A stretch of 64,000 bases of DNA. Source: Gammaproteobacteria bacterium. GTDB lineage: Bacteria > Pseudomonadota > Gammaproteobacteria > JAURND01. Both the position numbers and the translations under genes were made by a program. Every line of letters starts with the position of its first letter. Positions within the stretch are counted from its first letter, which is position 1. The stretch is from positions 229,386 to 293,385 of the forward strand of contig DASZWJ010000019.1 in the NCBI GenBank assembly GCA_035546635.1. The letters are read 5' to 3'. Positions 41,630 to 52,131 of this stretch are shown here, piece by piece. Under the pieces are notes generated by a model. The model did no database searches. It saw nothing but the letters and a program-made list of their open reading frames with translations, and was not told the origin of the DNA.

Positions 41630-43588
41630 ATGTTTTTAAAAAAATGCCGAGAAATTTTTATAGGCGTGCCTCGCAACCCATTTGATACCGGCACACGCAA
41701 AAATATAGCCTTAATCGCTTTCCTCGCCTGGATAGGCTTAGGCGCGGATGGTCTGTCATCCTCCTGTTATGGCCCCGAAGAAGCCTTTTTAGCGCTGGGT
41801 ATACATTATCACCTCGCACTCTATCTAGCGATTTTGACCGCCCTGACTGTCTTTATCATTTCTCTTGCTTATAACCAGGTCATCGAATTATTCCCTAGCG
41901 GTGGCGGAGGATATAAAGTTGCCAGCAAACTGATTTCACCCCATGCTGGCGTTATTTCTGGTTCTGCTTTGATCGTAGACTATGTATTGACCATCGCCAT
42001 CTCAGTTGCTAGCGGCGTTGATTCCTTATTTAGTTTTTTACCATTAGCAGCACAACACTACAAACTGCATTTTGAAATTATCATCTTGTTGCTACTGTTA
42101 GTGCTTAACTTACGCGGTATGAAAGAATCTATCAAAATACTACTGCCGATTTTCTTAGGCTTTGTCATCACCCATTTTTTCCTAATTTTTTATGGCGTCT
42201 TGTTGCATGGCTATCATCTACCTGAATTGATGAGCGGCTCAGTAGCAGATACGCAGAAATTTGTACAAGAAAGCGGCTGGTTTGTCGCATTGGCGATATT
42301 TTTACGCGCCTATTCCTTAGGAGGCGGTACTTATACTGGGTTAGAAGCCGTATCCAATAACGTAAACCATTTAGTTGAACCGCGTGTGCGTACCGGTAAA
42401 TGGACTATGTTCTACATGGCCGTTTCGCTCAGTCTCACGGCAGGGGGGATTATTCTTCTGTATTTGCTCTGGGATGTAAAACCTACCGAAGGACAAACTT
42501 TAAACGCAGTGACCTTTGGCAGTATTTTAGCTGGGTTCCCCATGCACCACGCCTTATTAATCTTGGTTTTATTATTAGAAGCTGGATTATTGTTTGTGGC
42601 TGCCAACACTGGATTTTTAGGCGGCCCTGCGGTGTTGGCGAATATGTCAATCGATGGCTGGTTGCCTAAACGTTTTCGTAACTTATCCAATCGTTTGGTC
42701 ACTCAGACGGGTATTGTCTGGTATGGCGTCGCTGCTATTTTCATTCTATTCTGGACGCATGGGGAAGTCTCTATGCTGGTGGTGCTCTACAGCATGAATG
42801 TGTTTCTTACTTTTTCACTCTCTTTACTCGGACTATCCAATTATTGGTGGAAAAATAGGAAATTAAGCTTTAGTTGGTATTATCGTATGACATTATCAGT
42901 CGTAGGCTTCGTGGTTTGTGCGGCTATTTTAATCATCACCTTGCTGGAAAAATTTACCGCTGGTGGCTGGTTAACTGTATTAATTACTAGCAGTGTCGTC
43001 ACTTTATGTCTAGTCGTTAAAAAGCATTATGTTTCCATAGAAAAACAAATCAAGTATTTAGATGAAATTTTAACGATCCCGCTGTCACCGACACCGCCTG
43101 ATAAAAAAATACCTGAGCTGGATGTCACCAAACCTACTGCGGTATTGTTAATTAGTGAAAGCACAGGGCAGGGTATGCATACCTTGTTGTGGATACAACG
43201 TATGTTCCCCAACCATTTCAAAAACTACGTCTTTATCAGCGTGGGAGTGGTCGATGTCGGTAGTTACGGCAGCGATTCTGCGCTAAAAGATATGCAGGAA
43301 AAAATCCAGGCGCGTCTACAATATTTTATTGATTTTTGTCATCAGCATAATTTTGCTGCAACTTCTTTTGTCACTTATAACAGCGACCCAATAGAAGCCC
43401 TGGTGCATTTGGCAGACCAGGTCTCGCAACAATTTCCGAACTGTGTATTTTTTGCAGCCTCGCTGATCTCCAAACAGGACAGCTGGTTTCACCGCCGTCT
43501 ACACGGTGATATCCCCATCATCATGCAGCGCCAGCTGAATTTAAAAGGTTTACAAATGGTTATTCTGCCCGTTAAACTGGAGCGATAA
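41630..43588 (+). CDS. APC-superfamily transporter (about 12 TM) with a C-terminal cytoplasmic domain of about 200 aa
   Basis: An N-terminal amino acid/polyamine/cation transporter-like core (…GADGLSSSCYGPEEAF…) is followed by a soluble C-terminal region (from about residue 450 to 652). Confidence 0.65.
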   Translation: MFLKKCREIFIGVPRNPFDTGTRKNIALIAFLAWIGLGADGLSSSCYGPEEAFLALGIHYHLALYLAILTALTVFIISLAYNQVIELFPSGGGGYKVASKLISPHAGVISGSALIVDYVLTIAISVASGVDSLFSFLPLAAQHYKLHFEIIILLLLLVLNLRGMKESIKILLPIFLGFVITHFFLIFYGVLLHGYHLPELMSGSVADTQKFVQESGWFVALAIFLRAYSLGGGTYTGLEAVSNNVNHLVEPRVRTGKWTMFYMAVSLSLTAGGIILLYLLWDVKPTEGQTLNAVTFGSILAGFPMHHALLILVLLLEAGLLFVAANTGFLGGPAVLANMSIDGWLPKRFRNLSNRLVTQTGIVWYGVAAIFILFWTHGEVSMLVVLYSMNVFLTFSLSLLGLSNYWWKNRKLSFSWYYRMTLSVVGFVVCAAILIITLLEKFTAGGWLTVLITSSVVTLCLVVKKHYVSIEKQIKYLDEILTIPLSPTPPDKKIPELDVTKPTAVLLISESTGQGMHTLLWIQRMFPNHFKNYVFISVGVVDVGSYGSDSALKDMQEKIQARLQYFIDFCHQHNFAATSFVTYNSDPIEALVHLADQVSQQFPNCVFFAASLISKQDSWFHRRLHGDIPIIMQRQLNLKGLQMVILPVKLER

Positions 43589-43619
43589 ACTAAAATATTC
43601 TATCTTTCGGAGAATTGAT

Positions 43620-44102
43620 ATGCCTTCTTTTGACATCGTTTCAAAAGTAGATGCCCACGAAATCCGCAATGCCGTAGACCAGGCAAATCGTGAAGTTGGT
43701 ACGCGTTTCGATTTTAAAGGCACTGATGCACGATATGAATTGGTTGAAGAAAAAATTACCCTGTTCGCGGAAACTGATTTTCAACTTAAACAAATGTATG
43801 AAATCCTCATCGGTAAGTTAGCTAAGCGCCAAGTGGATATCTTGGTTCTTGATCCCAAAGACCCTGAAATCCGTCTACATGAAGCCAGGCAGCAAATTGA
43901 TATTCGCCAAGGTATCGCAGCAGAAACTGCTAAAGTTATTGTTAAATGTATTAAAGATAAAAAACTCAAAGTTCAAGCTGCCATACAAGGCGATCAAGTA
44001 CGAGTGACGGGTAAAAAACGCGATGATTTACAAGAAGTGATTGCGGTATTGAAACAGGAAAAATTTGGTTTGCCACTACAATTTGAAAACTTCCGCGATT
44101 AA
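43620..44102 (+). CDS. yajQ: YajQ-family nucleotide-binding protein (UPF0234)
   Basis: [34 protein letters not shown]… is the hallmark YajQ N-terminus. 160 aa. Confidence 0.85.
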   Translation: MPSFDIVSKVDAHEIRNAVDQANREVGTRFDFKGTDARYELVEEKITLFAETDFQLKQMYEILIGKLAKRQVDILVLDPKDPEIRLHEARQQIDIRQGIAAETAKVIVKCIKDKKLKVQAAIQGDQVRVTGKKRDDLQEVIAVLKQEKFGLPLQFENFRD

Positions 44103-44125
44103 TAATCCTATTCACGAGACTTTCT

Positions 44126-44602
44126 ATGACTACAGAAATTGCAACTTTCGCTGCTGGCTGCTTCTGGGGGGTTGAAGCTGCTTTTCAGAAATTACCTGGT
44201 GTTATTAAAACCGAAGTGGGTTATTGCGATGGCACTAAGGAGAATCCTAGCTACGAAGATGTTTGTTCTCACACCACAGGCCATGCCGAAGCAGTGCGTA
44301 TAGAATACGACTCGAATCAAATTTCATATGAGCAGTTATTAGATGCATTTTGGGAAACCCATGACCCTACGCAATTAAACCGTCAAGGACCTGATGTGGG
44401 CGATCAATACCGCTCAGCAATTTTCTTTCATACACCTCTGCAAGAAGCATTAGCTATAGCTTCTAAAGCCGCACTACAGAAATCTCAAAAATTTAATCGC
44501 CCGATTGTCACTGTTATTAAACCAGCTCCAACTTTTTTTCGCGCGGAAGAGTACCACCAACATTATCTGGAAAAACGTGGTCAGGGGGCATGCCATTATT
44601 AA
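44126..44602 (+). CDS. msrA: Peptide methionine sulfoxide reductase MsrA
   Basis: Active site GCFWG ([15 protein letters not shown]) and the MsrA fold. Confidence 0.92.
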   Translation: MTTEIATFAAGCFWGVEAAFQKLPGVIKTEVGYCDGTKENPSYEDVCSHTTGHAEAVRIEYDSNQISYEQLLDAFWETHDPTQLNRQGPDVGDQYRSAIFFHTPLQEALAIASKAALQKSQKFNRPIVTVIKPAPTFFRAEEYHQHYLEKRGQGACHY

Positions 44603-44613
44603 ATGAACGATGA

Positions 44614-44710
44614 AGCATTGTCATTCCCACCTAGGTGGGAATCTATCCTAATTTTGGCTAGATGCCAGAGAAGAATAGATTCCCGCCTACGCAGGAATGA
44701 CATGTTTTTT
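44614..44710 (+). terminator. Family-E palindromic element acting as a likely rho-independent terminator after msrA
   Basis: A perfect inner hairpin ATTCCCACC-TAGG-TGGGAAT is present. A second hairpin is closed by the outer stem TGTCATTCC/GGAATGACA and is immediately followed by TTTTTT at 44705-44710. Confidence 0.5.
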
Positions 44711-44740
44711 ATATACTTAAATTCACACTAGATAAAGCTG

Positions 44741-45637
44741 ATGAAATCCATTTCAAGATTAAGAATCGCCATACAAAAAAGTGGACGTCTCAATCACGAT
44801 TCGCTAGACCTTTTATATCGTTGTGGCCTTAAAATGCATACACGCGCAAATACCTTATTTTGTCATAGCGAAAATCTACCGATTGACATATTGTTTGTCC
44901 GAGATGATGACATTCCCACGTTGGTGATGGACGATATCTGCGACCTTGGCATTGTCGGTGAAAATGTCCTGTTTGAAAAAATACCGGCTTCAAGATGTGC
45001 CATCGACAATCCAAAGTTTACTATAGTGCAAAAATTAGGTTTTAGCCGCTGTCGTCTTTCCATTGCCTTGCCGGAAGAAATCCCATTTAGCCCTAAAACA
45101 CTGCAAGGACTGAAAATCGCTACCAGTTACCCCAATTTGCTGCAGCAATATCTCGATCAACACCAGATCAAGGCTGAGATCACAGTGATCTCAGGTTCCG
45201 TGGAAATTACACCTCGGTTGGGTATGGCCGATGCCATTTGTGATTTAGTTGCCACCGGTCAAACTTTAGAAGAACATAACTTAAAAGAGGTGGCAGAGAT
45301 TATTCAAAGTCAAGCTGTATTAATTAAAACGCAAAAAGACCTTAATCCACAAAAACTCGATACCTTTGAATTATTATTGCGCAGGATTAATGGTGTATTA
45401 AAAGCCCAGGAAAGCAAATATATTATGTTTCATGCGCCCTTAGCGCAGCTGGACAAAATTAAAAATATTCTGCCTGGCGCGGAAATGCCGACGATTATTC
45501 CTTTAGCCGGCACTACAGAAAAAGTGGCCGTACATGCCGTATCGACCGAAGGGGTGTTTTGGAGCACTTTGGAGAAGTTGCAAGAGGCAGGAGCCAGTTC
45601 AATTTTAGTATTACCCATTGAAAAAATGTTGAACTAG
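44741..45637 (+). CDS. hisG: ATP phosphoribosyltransferase HisG (long form with a C-terminal regulatory domain)
   Basis: LRIAIQKSGRL… N-terminus, 298 aa. Confidence 0.92.
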   Translation: MKSISRLRIAIQKSGRLNHDSLDLLYRCGLKMHTRANTLFCHSENLPIDILFVRDDDIPTLVMDDICDLGIVGENVLFEKIPASRCAIDNPKFTIVQKLGFSRCRLSIALPEEIPFSPKTLQGLKIATSYPNLLQQYLDQHQIKAEITVISGSVEITPRLGMADAICDLVATGQTLEEHNLKEVAEIIQSQAVLIKTQKDLNPQKLDTFELLLRRINGVLKAQESKYIMFHAPLAQLDKIKNILPGAEMPTIIPLAGTTEKVAVHAVSTEGVFWSTLEKLQEAGASSILVLPIEKMLN

Positions 45638-45645
45638 GTGGCACA

Positions 45646-46956
45646 GTGCATATTCATTTTTGGAATCAGTTATCCGCAATAGAACAGCAAAATCTGCTGG
45701 AAAGACCTAAAGCCAGTCAACCTGACTCAATTCGGGAAAAAACCCAAGCAATTATCGATCAAGTAAGGGAAGAGGGCGATGCAGCGTTAATTGACCTCAC
45801 CGTCCTACACGACAAAGTAAAACTAACCCAATTAACCACTACTTTAGCGGAATTTTCAGCAGCAAAAAATCAAATCCGCAAAGAAGCGTTAGCCGCTATA
45901 GAGCGTGCACAACAGCAGATCACCACTTATCATCAAGCACAACAGCCTGAAATCCGCAAAATTGAAACTGCCCCAGGTATTTACTGTGAGCGTCAGCCAC
46001 GTGCCATTGACAGAGTAGGGCTTTATGTTCCAGGTGGCTCTGCCCCTTTGATTTCTACTTTGCTGATGCTGGCAATTCCAGCACAGTTAGCCGGTTGCTC
46101 ACTCAAAGTCCTCTGCACACCACCGAATAAAAATGGCACTATTGATCCACATTTGTTATATGCTGCAGAGCTGTGTGGTATTCAGCAAATTTTTAAAATC
46201 GGCGGAGCGCAAGCGGTCGCTGCGATGGCCTATGGCACTGAATCTGTACCGAAAGTTGATAAAATCTTTGGGCCAGGAAATGCTTTTGTCCTTGCTGCGA
46301 AAATGTTGGTTTCACAGGATGCCAAAGGTGCCAGTATTGATATGCCTGCTGGTCCATCAGAGCTCCTGGTGATTGCCGATGACAATGCCAATGCAGATTT
46401 TGTTGCTGCAGATTTGTTATCTCAAGCTGAACATGGGATTGATTCGCAAGTGATATTGCTGACCATGTCAGTAGATTTTGCTAACCAAGTTCATGGTGCG
46501 CTTAACCAGCAATTATCCCAGCTATCACGTCGCACAATTGCTGAGCAATCTTTAGCCCATGGCCGTATTATTGTCGTTACCTCTTTGGAACAAGCATTTT
46601 CTATTAGCAATCGTTATGCCCCTGAGCATTTAAGCTTACAAATAACCCACCCAGAGAACTTTCTCACAGAGATTCATAATGCAGGAGCCGTATTTTTAGG
46701 TGACTGGTCAGCTGAAACTATGGGAGACTATATCACCGGTTCTAACCATGTTTTGCCTACTTCAGGTTTTGCGCGCGCCTATAGTGGGTTATCTTTAGTG
46801 GATTTTATGAAGTTTATTAGTTTTCAAAAAGTCAGCCGCCCTGGGTTGCAAGCCCTTGGGCCATTTGCCGAACAATTGGCCGAGCTGGAAGGATTGGATG
46901 CTCACAGAAATGCGGTGTCTATTCGTTTGGGAGTTGACTTTCATCCTGAGCATTAG
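45646..46956 (+). CDS. hisD: Histidinol dehydrogenase HisD (GTG start)
   Basis: HisD conservation throughout, with RBS AGGTGG upstream of the GTG. The last five codons (…FHPEH*) lie inside the family-C repeat. Confidence 0.92.
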   Translation: MHIHFWNQLSAIEQQNLLERPKASQPDSIREKTQAIIDQVREEGDAALIDLTVLHDKVKLTQLTTTLAEFSAAKNQIRKEALAAIERAQQQITTYHQAQQPEIRKIETAPGIYCERQPRAIDRVGLYVPGGSAPLISTLLMLAIPAQLAGCSLKVLCTPPNKNGTIDPHLLYAAELCGIQQIFKIGGAQAVAAMAYGTESVPKVDKIFGPGNAFVLAAKMLVSQDAKGASIDMPAGPSELLVIADDNANADFVAADLLSQAEHGIDSQVILLTMSVDFANQVHGALNQQLSQLSRRTIAEQSLAHGRIIVVTSLEQAFSISNRYAPEHLSLQITHPENFLTEIHNAGAVFLGDWSAETMGDYITGSNHVLPTSGFARAYSGLSLVDFMKFISFQKVSRPGLQALGPFAEQLAELEGLDAHRNAVSIRLGVDFHPEH

Positions 46957-47033
46957 TGAAGGATCTCCTTATGGTGGCACTAGCCACATGAAGTACCACC
47001 ATAAGGAGATCCTTCGTTTACGCTCAGGATGAC
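46941..47033. repeat. REP-like element, family C (TCATCCTGAGC…GAAGGATCTCCTTATGGTGG…CCACCATAAGGAGATCCTTC…GCTCAGGATGACA)
   Basis: Near-perfect arms of more than 20 bp inside an outer TCATCCTGAGC/GCTCAGGATGA inverted repeat. It sits at the hisD/hisC junction. The left arm supplies the hisD stop codon. The right arm contains the spurious ATG at 47029. Confidence 0.75.
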
Positions 47034-47097
47034 AAAAAAATACAGCAACAGCCATATTAACAATTTAATACTTAAGAGCATCTTGAGTACACATATT

Positions 47098-48156
47098 ATG
47101 CCCAACCTAGCACATTTAATCAGACCTGACCTGCGCGAATTCACTGCCTACAGCTCGGCTCGTGATGAAGCTAAAAAGGGAGAGATTTGGCTCAACGCCA
47201 ACGAATCACCTTGGGAAAATGAGCATTTTGCCGAACAAAAAATTAACCGTTATCCTGAAAAACAACCACAAAAATTGATTAATGCGCTAGCTGAAATTTA
47301 CGGTGTTAAAAATAATCAGCTATCTGTATTGCGCGGTAGCGATGAAGCTATTGATCTATTGATGCGCTTATTTTGTGAAGCGGGAAAAGATGCCATTATC
47401 ACTTGTCCTCCGACTTTCGGCATGTATGCTGTCTATGCCAAATTACAAGGTGCAAAAATAATCGATATTCCTTTAGTGCCTGAAGCAGGTTTTCAATTGG
47501 ATATGAAAAATCTAGTAAACCAACAACACCTCGAAGTTAAATTGATTTTTCTATGTTCTCCAAATAACCCAACAGGTAATTTATTGTGCGAGGCAGATAT
47601 ACTACAATTATGCGAGCATTATGCCGGAAAAGCCGTGATTGTAGTTGATGAAGCTTACATAGAATTTTCCTCGGCAAACAGCCTGTCTCACTATATAGAC
47701 CAGTATGAAAATTTAGTGATCCTACGTACCTTGTCCAAGGCTTACGGATTGGCCGGTGCACGCTGTGGTTTATTATTAGGTCACAGCTTTATTATCAACT
47801 GGATAAAAGCGATTATGGCGCCTTATCCATTGCCGGCATTTACGATTCATGCCGTGACGCAAACACTCATGAAATTACAACGCCTTAAGCAACAGATTGA
47901 GACCATTAAAACGGAGCGCGAGCGTTTGGCTACTGAATTACAGCGACTGCCATTTGTTAAAAAAATCTGGCCAAGCGCGGCAAATTTTTTGTTGCTAGAA
48001 ACAGAAAATTCACAAAAAATTATGCAAGCGTGTATAGATTCCGGTATTGTACTACGCGATATGCACGGGAAATTATTTTTGCAAAACTGTATCCGAATTA
48101 CGGTTGGTACGCCTTTAGAAAATGCTCGCTTAATTGAATTTTTACAAACGTTATAA
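47098..48156 (+). CDS. hisC: Histidinol-phosphate aminotransferase HisC
   Basis: Class-II aminotransferase with the PLP lysine context YGLAGARCG. The start is set at MPNLAHLIRPDL (47098); the track start at 47029 lies inside the repeat. Confidence 0.88.
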   Translation: MPNLAHLIRPDLREFTAYSSARDEAKKGEIWLNANESPWENEHFAEQKINRYPEKQPQKLINALAEIYGVKNNQLSVLRGSDEAIDLLMRLFCEAGKDAIITCPPTFGMYAVYAKLQGAKIIDIPLVPEAGFQLDMKNLVNQQHLEVKLIFLCSPNNPTGNLLCEADILQLCEHYAGKAVIVVDEAYIEFSSANSLSHYIDQYENLVILRTLSKAYGLAGARCGLLLGHSFIINWIKAIMAPYPLPAFTIHAVTQTLMKLQRLKQQIETIKTERERLATELQRLPFVKKIWPSAANFLLLETENSQKIMQACIDSGIVLRDMHGKLFLQNCIRITVGTPLENARLIEFLQTL

Positions 48157-49242
48157 ATGAGTTTCTCAAACATGCCACAAGAAAAACTGCTTTTTATCGA
48201 CCGTGACGGGACTTTAATCGAGGAACCAGAAGATCAGCAGATCGATAGCATAGAAAAATTACATTTCCTGCCAGATGTCATTTCTAGTCTATTAAAATTA
48301 AAAACTGCCGGTTACAAATTTATTATGGTCAGCAATCAAGATGGCTTAGGAACTGATAGCTTGCCGCACGGAGATTTTCAGCCACCCCATGAATTAATGC
48401 TGCGTATTCTATCCTCTCAAGGCATTCATTTTGATGCCATACATATCTGCCCACATAAGCCGGACGCCAACTGTGACTGTCGCAAACCCAAAATCGGTTT
48501 ATTAGCGAATTATCTAATCGAACAAAAGATCAACCGTGAGCATTCTTATGTCATCGGTGATCGGCAGACTGATCTAGAATTAGCGCAAAATTTGGGAATA
48601 AAAGGCATCCGCATTCGCACCCCAACCACTCCAGGCTGGGCTGAAGTCGCTCACCAGATTCTATCTCAACCGCGGCAGGTGCAACTCATACGCAAAACTA
48701 AAGAAACTGCAATAGAAGTACAAATTGATCTTGATAAACCTAGTCCCATTCATATCCACACCGGTATCGGTTTTTTCGATCATATGCTGGAACAGTTAGC
48801 TAAACATGGTGGCTTCAGTCTAAAAATAACTGTTGCAGGGGATTTACATATTGACGACCATCATACCGTAGAAGATACGGCCATTACGCTGGGTGAAGCC
48901 ATGCGTGAAGCTTTAGGAGATAAAATAGGTATTGGGCGCTATGGTTTTTTATTGCCTATGGACGAAGCCTTAGCCAGGGTAGCCATTGATTTAAGTGGGC
49001 GCGCGCATTTAACTTTTAAAGCAGCATTTAACCGCGAGCGCGTGGGGGATTTATCCACGGAATTGGTAGAACATTTTTTCCGTTCTTTTGCCGAAGGATT
49101 AAAAGCGACATTGAATATTAAAGTAACAGGGGACAACACCCACCATATGATCGAATCAGTTTTTAAAGGCGTAGGGCGCGCCTTACGCCAGGCTATTGCT
49201 AAAACCGGGGATGATCTACCTAGCACTAAGGGTTTACTATGA
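48157..49242 (+). CDS. hisB: Bifunctional histidinol-phosphatase / imidazoleglycerol-phosphate dehydratase HisB
   Basis: N-terminal HAD phosphatase (LFIDRDGTLIEEP) and C-terminal IGPD (IGFFDHMLEQLAKHGGFSL…DDHHTVEDT). Confidence 0.92.
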   Translation: MSFSNMPQEKLLFIDRDGTLIEEPEDQQIDSIEKLHFLPDVISSLLKLKTAGYKFIMVSNQDGLGTDSLPHGDFQPPHELMLRILSSQGIHFDAIHICPHKPDANCDCRKPKIGLLANYLIEQKINREHSYVIGDRQTDLELAQNLGIKGIRIRTPTTPGWAEVAHQILSQPRQVQLIRKTKETAIEVQIDLDKPSPIHIHTGIGFFDHMLEQLAKHGGFSLKITVAGDLHIDDHHTVEDTAITLGEAMREALGDKIGIGRYGFLLPMDEALARVAIDLSGRAHLTFKAAFNRERVGDLSTELVEHFFRSFAEGLKATLNIKVTGDNTHHMIESVFKGVGRALRQAIAKTGDDLPSTKGLL

Positions 49243-49850
49243 TTGCGATTATTGATGCCTGTGGGGCTAATTTCGCTTCGGTGGAATTTGCACTTAAACG
49301 CTTGGGGCGAGCAGTGACGCTCACGCGAGATAAAGACATCATTCGCTCAGCATCACATGTAATTCTACCTGGCGTAGGCACTGCCAGCCAGGCTATGCAG
49401 CAATTGGAAAATTTACAATTAATTTCAGTGATTCAGCAATTAACGCAACCGGTATTAGGTATCTGTCTTGGCATGCAGATTTTACATGCCCATTCTGCTG
49501 AAGGCGATGTGGATTGTCTAGGCCTTTTGCCAGGGGATATTAAGCCATTGCCAGAAGATCAGGGTTTACCTATTCCACATATGGGTTGGAATCAGCTATG
49601 CATCTCCCATGCGACCAGTTCTTTACTGCAGGATATCCCGAATAATAGCTACGTCTATTACGTGCATAGCTATGCAGCGCCAGTGACTGAGCATACCCTG
49701 GCTACCACCCAATACGGTGCAATATTTACGGCAGCAGTACATTATAAAAATTTTTATGGGGTACAATTTCATCCTGAGCGTTCGGGAGCGGTTGGCGCTA
49801 AGATATTACAGAATTTTCTTGTCCTGAGCGAAAGCGAAGGATCTCCATAA
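49239..49850 (+). CDS. hisH: Imidazole glycerol phosphate synthase, glutaminase subunit HisH
   Basis: Class-I glutamine amidotransferase (catalytic Cys in GICLGMQ, HPE near the C-terminus). The final about nine codons and the stop (…VLSESEGSP*) are encoded by the family-C repeat. Confidence 0.9.
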   Translation: MIAIIDACGANFASVEFALKRLGRAVTLTRDKDIIRSASHVILPGVGTASQAMQQLENLQLISVIQQLTQPVLGICLGMQILHAHSAEGDVDCLGLLPGDIKPLPEDQGLPIPHMGWNQLCISHATSSLLQDIPNNSYVYYVHSYAAPVTEHTLATTQYGAIFTAAVHYKNFYGVQFHPERSGAVGAKILQNFLVLSESEGSP

Positions 49851-49913
49851 TGTGGCGCCTCATCATAAAAGTGCCATCATACGGAGATCCTTCGCTATCG
49901 CTCAGGATGACAG
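49821..49913. repeat. REP-like element, family C, second copy at the hisH/hisA junction
   Basis: TCCTGAGCGAAAGCGAAGGATCTCC…GGAGATCCTTCGCTATCGCTCAGGATGA, with arms of about 25 bp. It overlaps the hisH 3' end. Confidence 0.75.
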
Positions 49914-49932
49914 TCAAGGGAAATAAACCTCA

Positions 49933-50676
49933 ATGAAACTATACCCAGCAATCGATTTAAAATCAGGAACCTGTGTCCGCCTTTACAAAGGCTCTTTTGA
50001 CCATGTCACTGCTTATCAAGCATCCCCCTTATCTGTCGCTGAAAATTTTGCCAGTGAAGGCGCAGATTTTCTTCACATCATTGATCTAGATGGCGCTCAA
50101 GAAGGCACCTCCAAACATACATCGTTAGTCTTAGATATTATTGAGAAAACTAGATTGAGCATACAATTAGGTGGCGGCATTCGCAGCTATGCACAATTAT
50201 CCCAATGGTTACACAATGGCGTCACTCGCGTTATTTTAGGTAGCATCGCTCTGTCCGAACCCGAGAAAGTGAACATGTGGCTGCGTGAATTTGGCGCTGA
50301 ACGCATTGTATTAGCGCTAGATATTAGAATGAATAGCGCCAATGAACCCATATTGGCATCACACGGTTGGCAACAAAATAGCGGCATGAGTTTATGGCAT
50401 TTACTTGACCTATATCAGGACAGCCCATTAAAACATGTACTTTGCACGGATATTGATTGCGATGGCACGTTGGCCGGGCCCAATATTTCCCTCTATCAAC
50501 AATGTAGCCAACGCTACCCAAACCTTGATTTTCAAGCCTCAGGTGGGGTCAGCTCCTTAGCCGATCTACGCACATTAGCACAAATGCAAGTTTCCGGTGT
50601 CATTGTCGGCAAAGCACTTTACGAGCGGAAATTTTCTTTAAGTGAAGCATTAATTGAGCTCAGCCATGTTAGCTAA
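49933..50676 (+). CDS. hisA: ProFAR isomerase HisA
   Basis: [17 protein letters not shown]… TIM barrel, 247 aa. Confidence 0.9.
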   Translation: MKLYPAIDLKSGTCVRLYKGSFDHVTAYQASPLSVAENFASEGADFLHIIDLDGAQEGTSKHTSLVLDIIEKTRLSIQLGGGIRSYAQLSQWLHNGVTRVILGSIALSEPEKVNMWLREFGAERIVLALDIRMNSANEPILASHGWQQNSGMSLWHLLDLYQDSPLKHVLCTDIDCDGTLAGPNISLYQQCSQRYPNLDFQASGGVSSLADLRTLAQMQVSGVIVGKALYERKFSLSEALIELSHVS

Positions 50677-51433
50677 ACGTATTATTCCGTGCCTTGATGT
50701 AAAAAATGGCAAAGTTGTTAAAGGTATCCAGTTTCGTAATCATCAAATCATGGGTGATATTGTGGAATTGGCACAATATTATTGTCAGTCTGGCGCCGAT
50801 GAATTGGTGTTCTATGATATTACTGCCAGTGCCGATCAACGTGCTGTTGGGCGTGACTGGATTCGTGAGATTGCCCAACATTTAGATATTCCTTTTTGTG
50901 TTGCCGGCGGTATCCGCAGTCTTGAAGAAGCTGAAGCGGTACTAAATGCCGGTGCGGATAAAATCTCTGTTAATAGTCCGGCATTGGAAAACCCTGATTT
51001 GATAAACCAATTAGTCAAGGTATTTGGGCAGCAATGTATTGTGATTGGCATCGACAGTCTAAAAATCGACGACCGCTATAAAGTCTGCCAATACACCGGT
51101 AGTGAGTCTAAAACGCTGACCACAGTGCGTTATACGGAAGATTGGATCTGTGAGGTGCAAGAGCGCGGTGCCGGCGAAATCGTGCTGAACTGCATGAATC
51201 AAGATGGTATGCGTCAAGGTTATGATATAGAACAATTAACCCAGATGCGTGCTATTACTAAAACTCCCTTAATCGCATCCGGCGGGGCAGGCAATATGCA
51301 GCATTTTTTAAGCGTATTTCAAGAAGCACAGGTTGATGGCGCATTGGCGGCCAGTGTCTTTCACACCAAAGCCATAGCAATTCCTGAGTTAAAACAGTTT
51401 CTTTTAAACCATCATGTTGAGATCAGGCTATGA
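50666..51433 (+). CDS. hisF: Imidazole glycerol phosphate synthase, cyclase subunit HisF
   Basis: [20 protein letters not shown]… is the canonical HisF N-terminus. The ATG at 50666 is preferred over the TTG at 50654. It overlaps the hisA stop. Confidence 0.92.
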   Translation: MLAKRIIPCLDVKNGKVVKGIQFRNHQIMGDIVELAQYYCQSGADELVFYDITASADQRAVGRDWIREIAQHLDIPFCVAGGIRSLEEAEAVLNAGADKISVNSPALENPDLINQLVKVFGQQCIVIGIDSLKIDDRYKVCQYTGSESKTLTTVRYTEDWICEVQERGAGEIVLNCMNQDGMRQGYDIEQLTQMRAITKTPLIASGGAGNMQHFLSVFQEAQVDGALAASVFHTKAIAIPELKQFLLNHHVEIRL

Positions 51434-52032
51434 TAAATTTTGCCCCAGATGATTTGGCTTGGGATAAAATGCAAGGTTTACTGCCAGCTATTGTGCAAGA
51501 TGTGCATTCAGGTTCAGTACTGATGTTAGGTTATATGAACCGTGCGGCTTTACAACGTACTTTGGATACAAAATGGGTGACATTTTTCAGTCGCTCTAAA
51601 AATGCCTTGTGGCTAAAAGGTGAAACCTCGGGCAACAAGTTGCAATTAGTCAGCATAACCACCGATTGCGATCAAGATACATTGCTGATACTGGCTAACC
51701 CCACTGGGCCAGTTTGTCATACTGGATCATTAAGCTGTTTTGGCGAACAGCAAACAGATTGGGAATTTCTTAAACAGCTAGAAGCAACTATTGCTGCGCG
51801 TCAGCAGCAACGCCCAGAAAACAGTTATACCGCTCAATTATTTGCCGCAGGTATAAAAAGAATGGCACAGAAAGTCGGGGAGGAGGGCGTAGAAGTGGCT
51901 ATTGCTGCATTGGCTGAAGAGGATAGCAAGTTCTGCGAAGAAGGCGCTGATTTATTATTCCATCTATTGGTTTTATTACGTGCGAGAAATTTAAATTTGG
52001 CTGCCGTTATTGCTGCTCTGCGGACTAGATAA
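51430..52032 (+). CDS. hisI: Bifunctional phosphoribosyl-AMP cyclohydrolase / phosphoribosyl-ATP pyrophosphatase HisIE
   Basis: N-terminal HisI (…LLPAIVQD…) and C-terminal HisE (…[10 protein letters not shown]…[14 protein letters not shown]), 200 aa. Confidence 0.9.
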   Translation: MINFAPDDLAWDKMQGLLPAIVQDVHSGSVLMLGYMNRAALQRTLDTKWVTFFSRSKNALWLKGETSGNKLQLVSITTDCDQDTLLILANPTGPVCHTGSLSCFGEQQTDWEFLKQLEATIAARQQQRPENSYTAQLFAAGIKRMAQKVGEEGVEVAIAALAEEDSKFCEEGADLLFHLLVLLRARNLNLAAVIAALRTR

Positions 52033-52131
52033 TTCTAGATCGGCATCTCTTGCTGACATAAATTGACTTTATCCCGCTTTGCCTGCAAAGTAAATGCCTA
52101 GTTTAGCTAACAAATTTCACAGGAGTTCTTT

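Noticed and set aside
44603-44740. A possible his-operon attenuator leader peptide upstream of hisG
   Set aside because: The only short ORF there (MPEKNRFPPTQE) contains no histidine codons. The region is a family-E repeat/terminator belonging to the msrA transcript, so there is no evidence for His-tRNA-sensing attenuation.
47029-47097. Upstream start of hisC at 47029 (MTKKYSNSHINNLILKSILSTHI…)
   Set aside because: The ATG lies inside the right arm of the family-C palindromic repeat. HisC homology begins at MPNLAHLIRP (47098).
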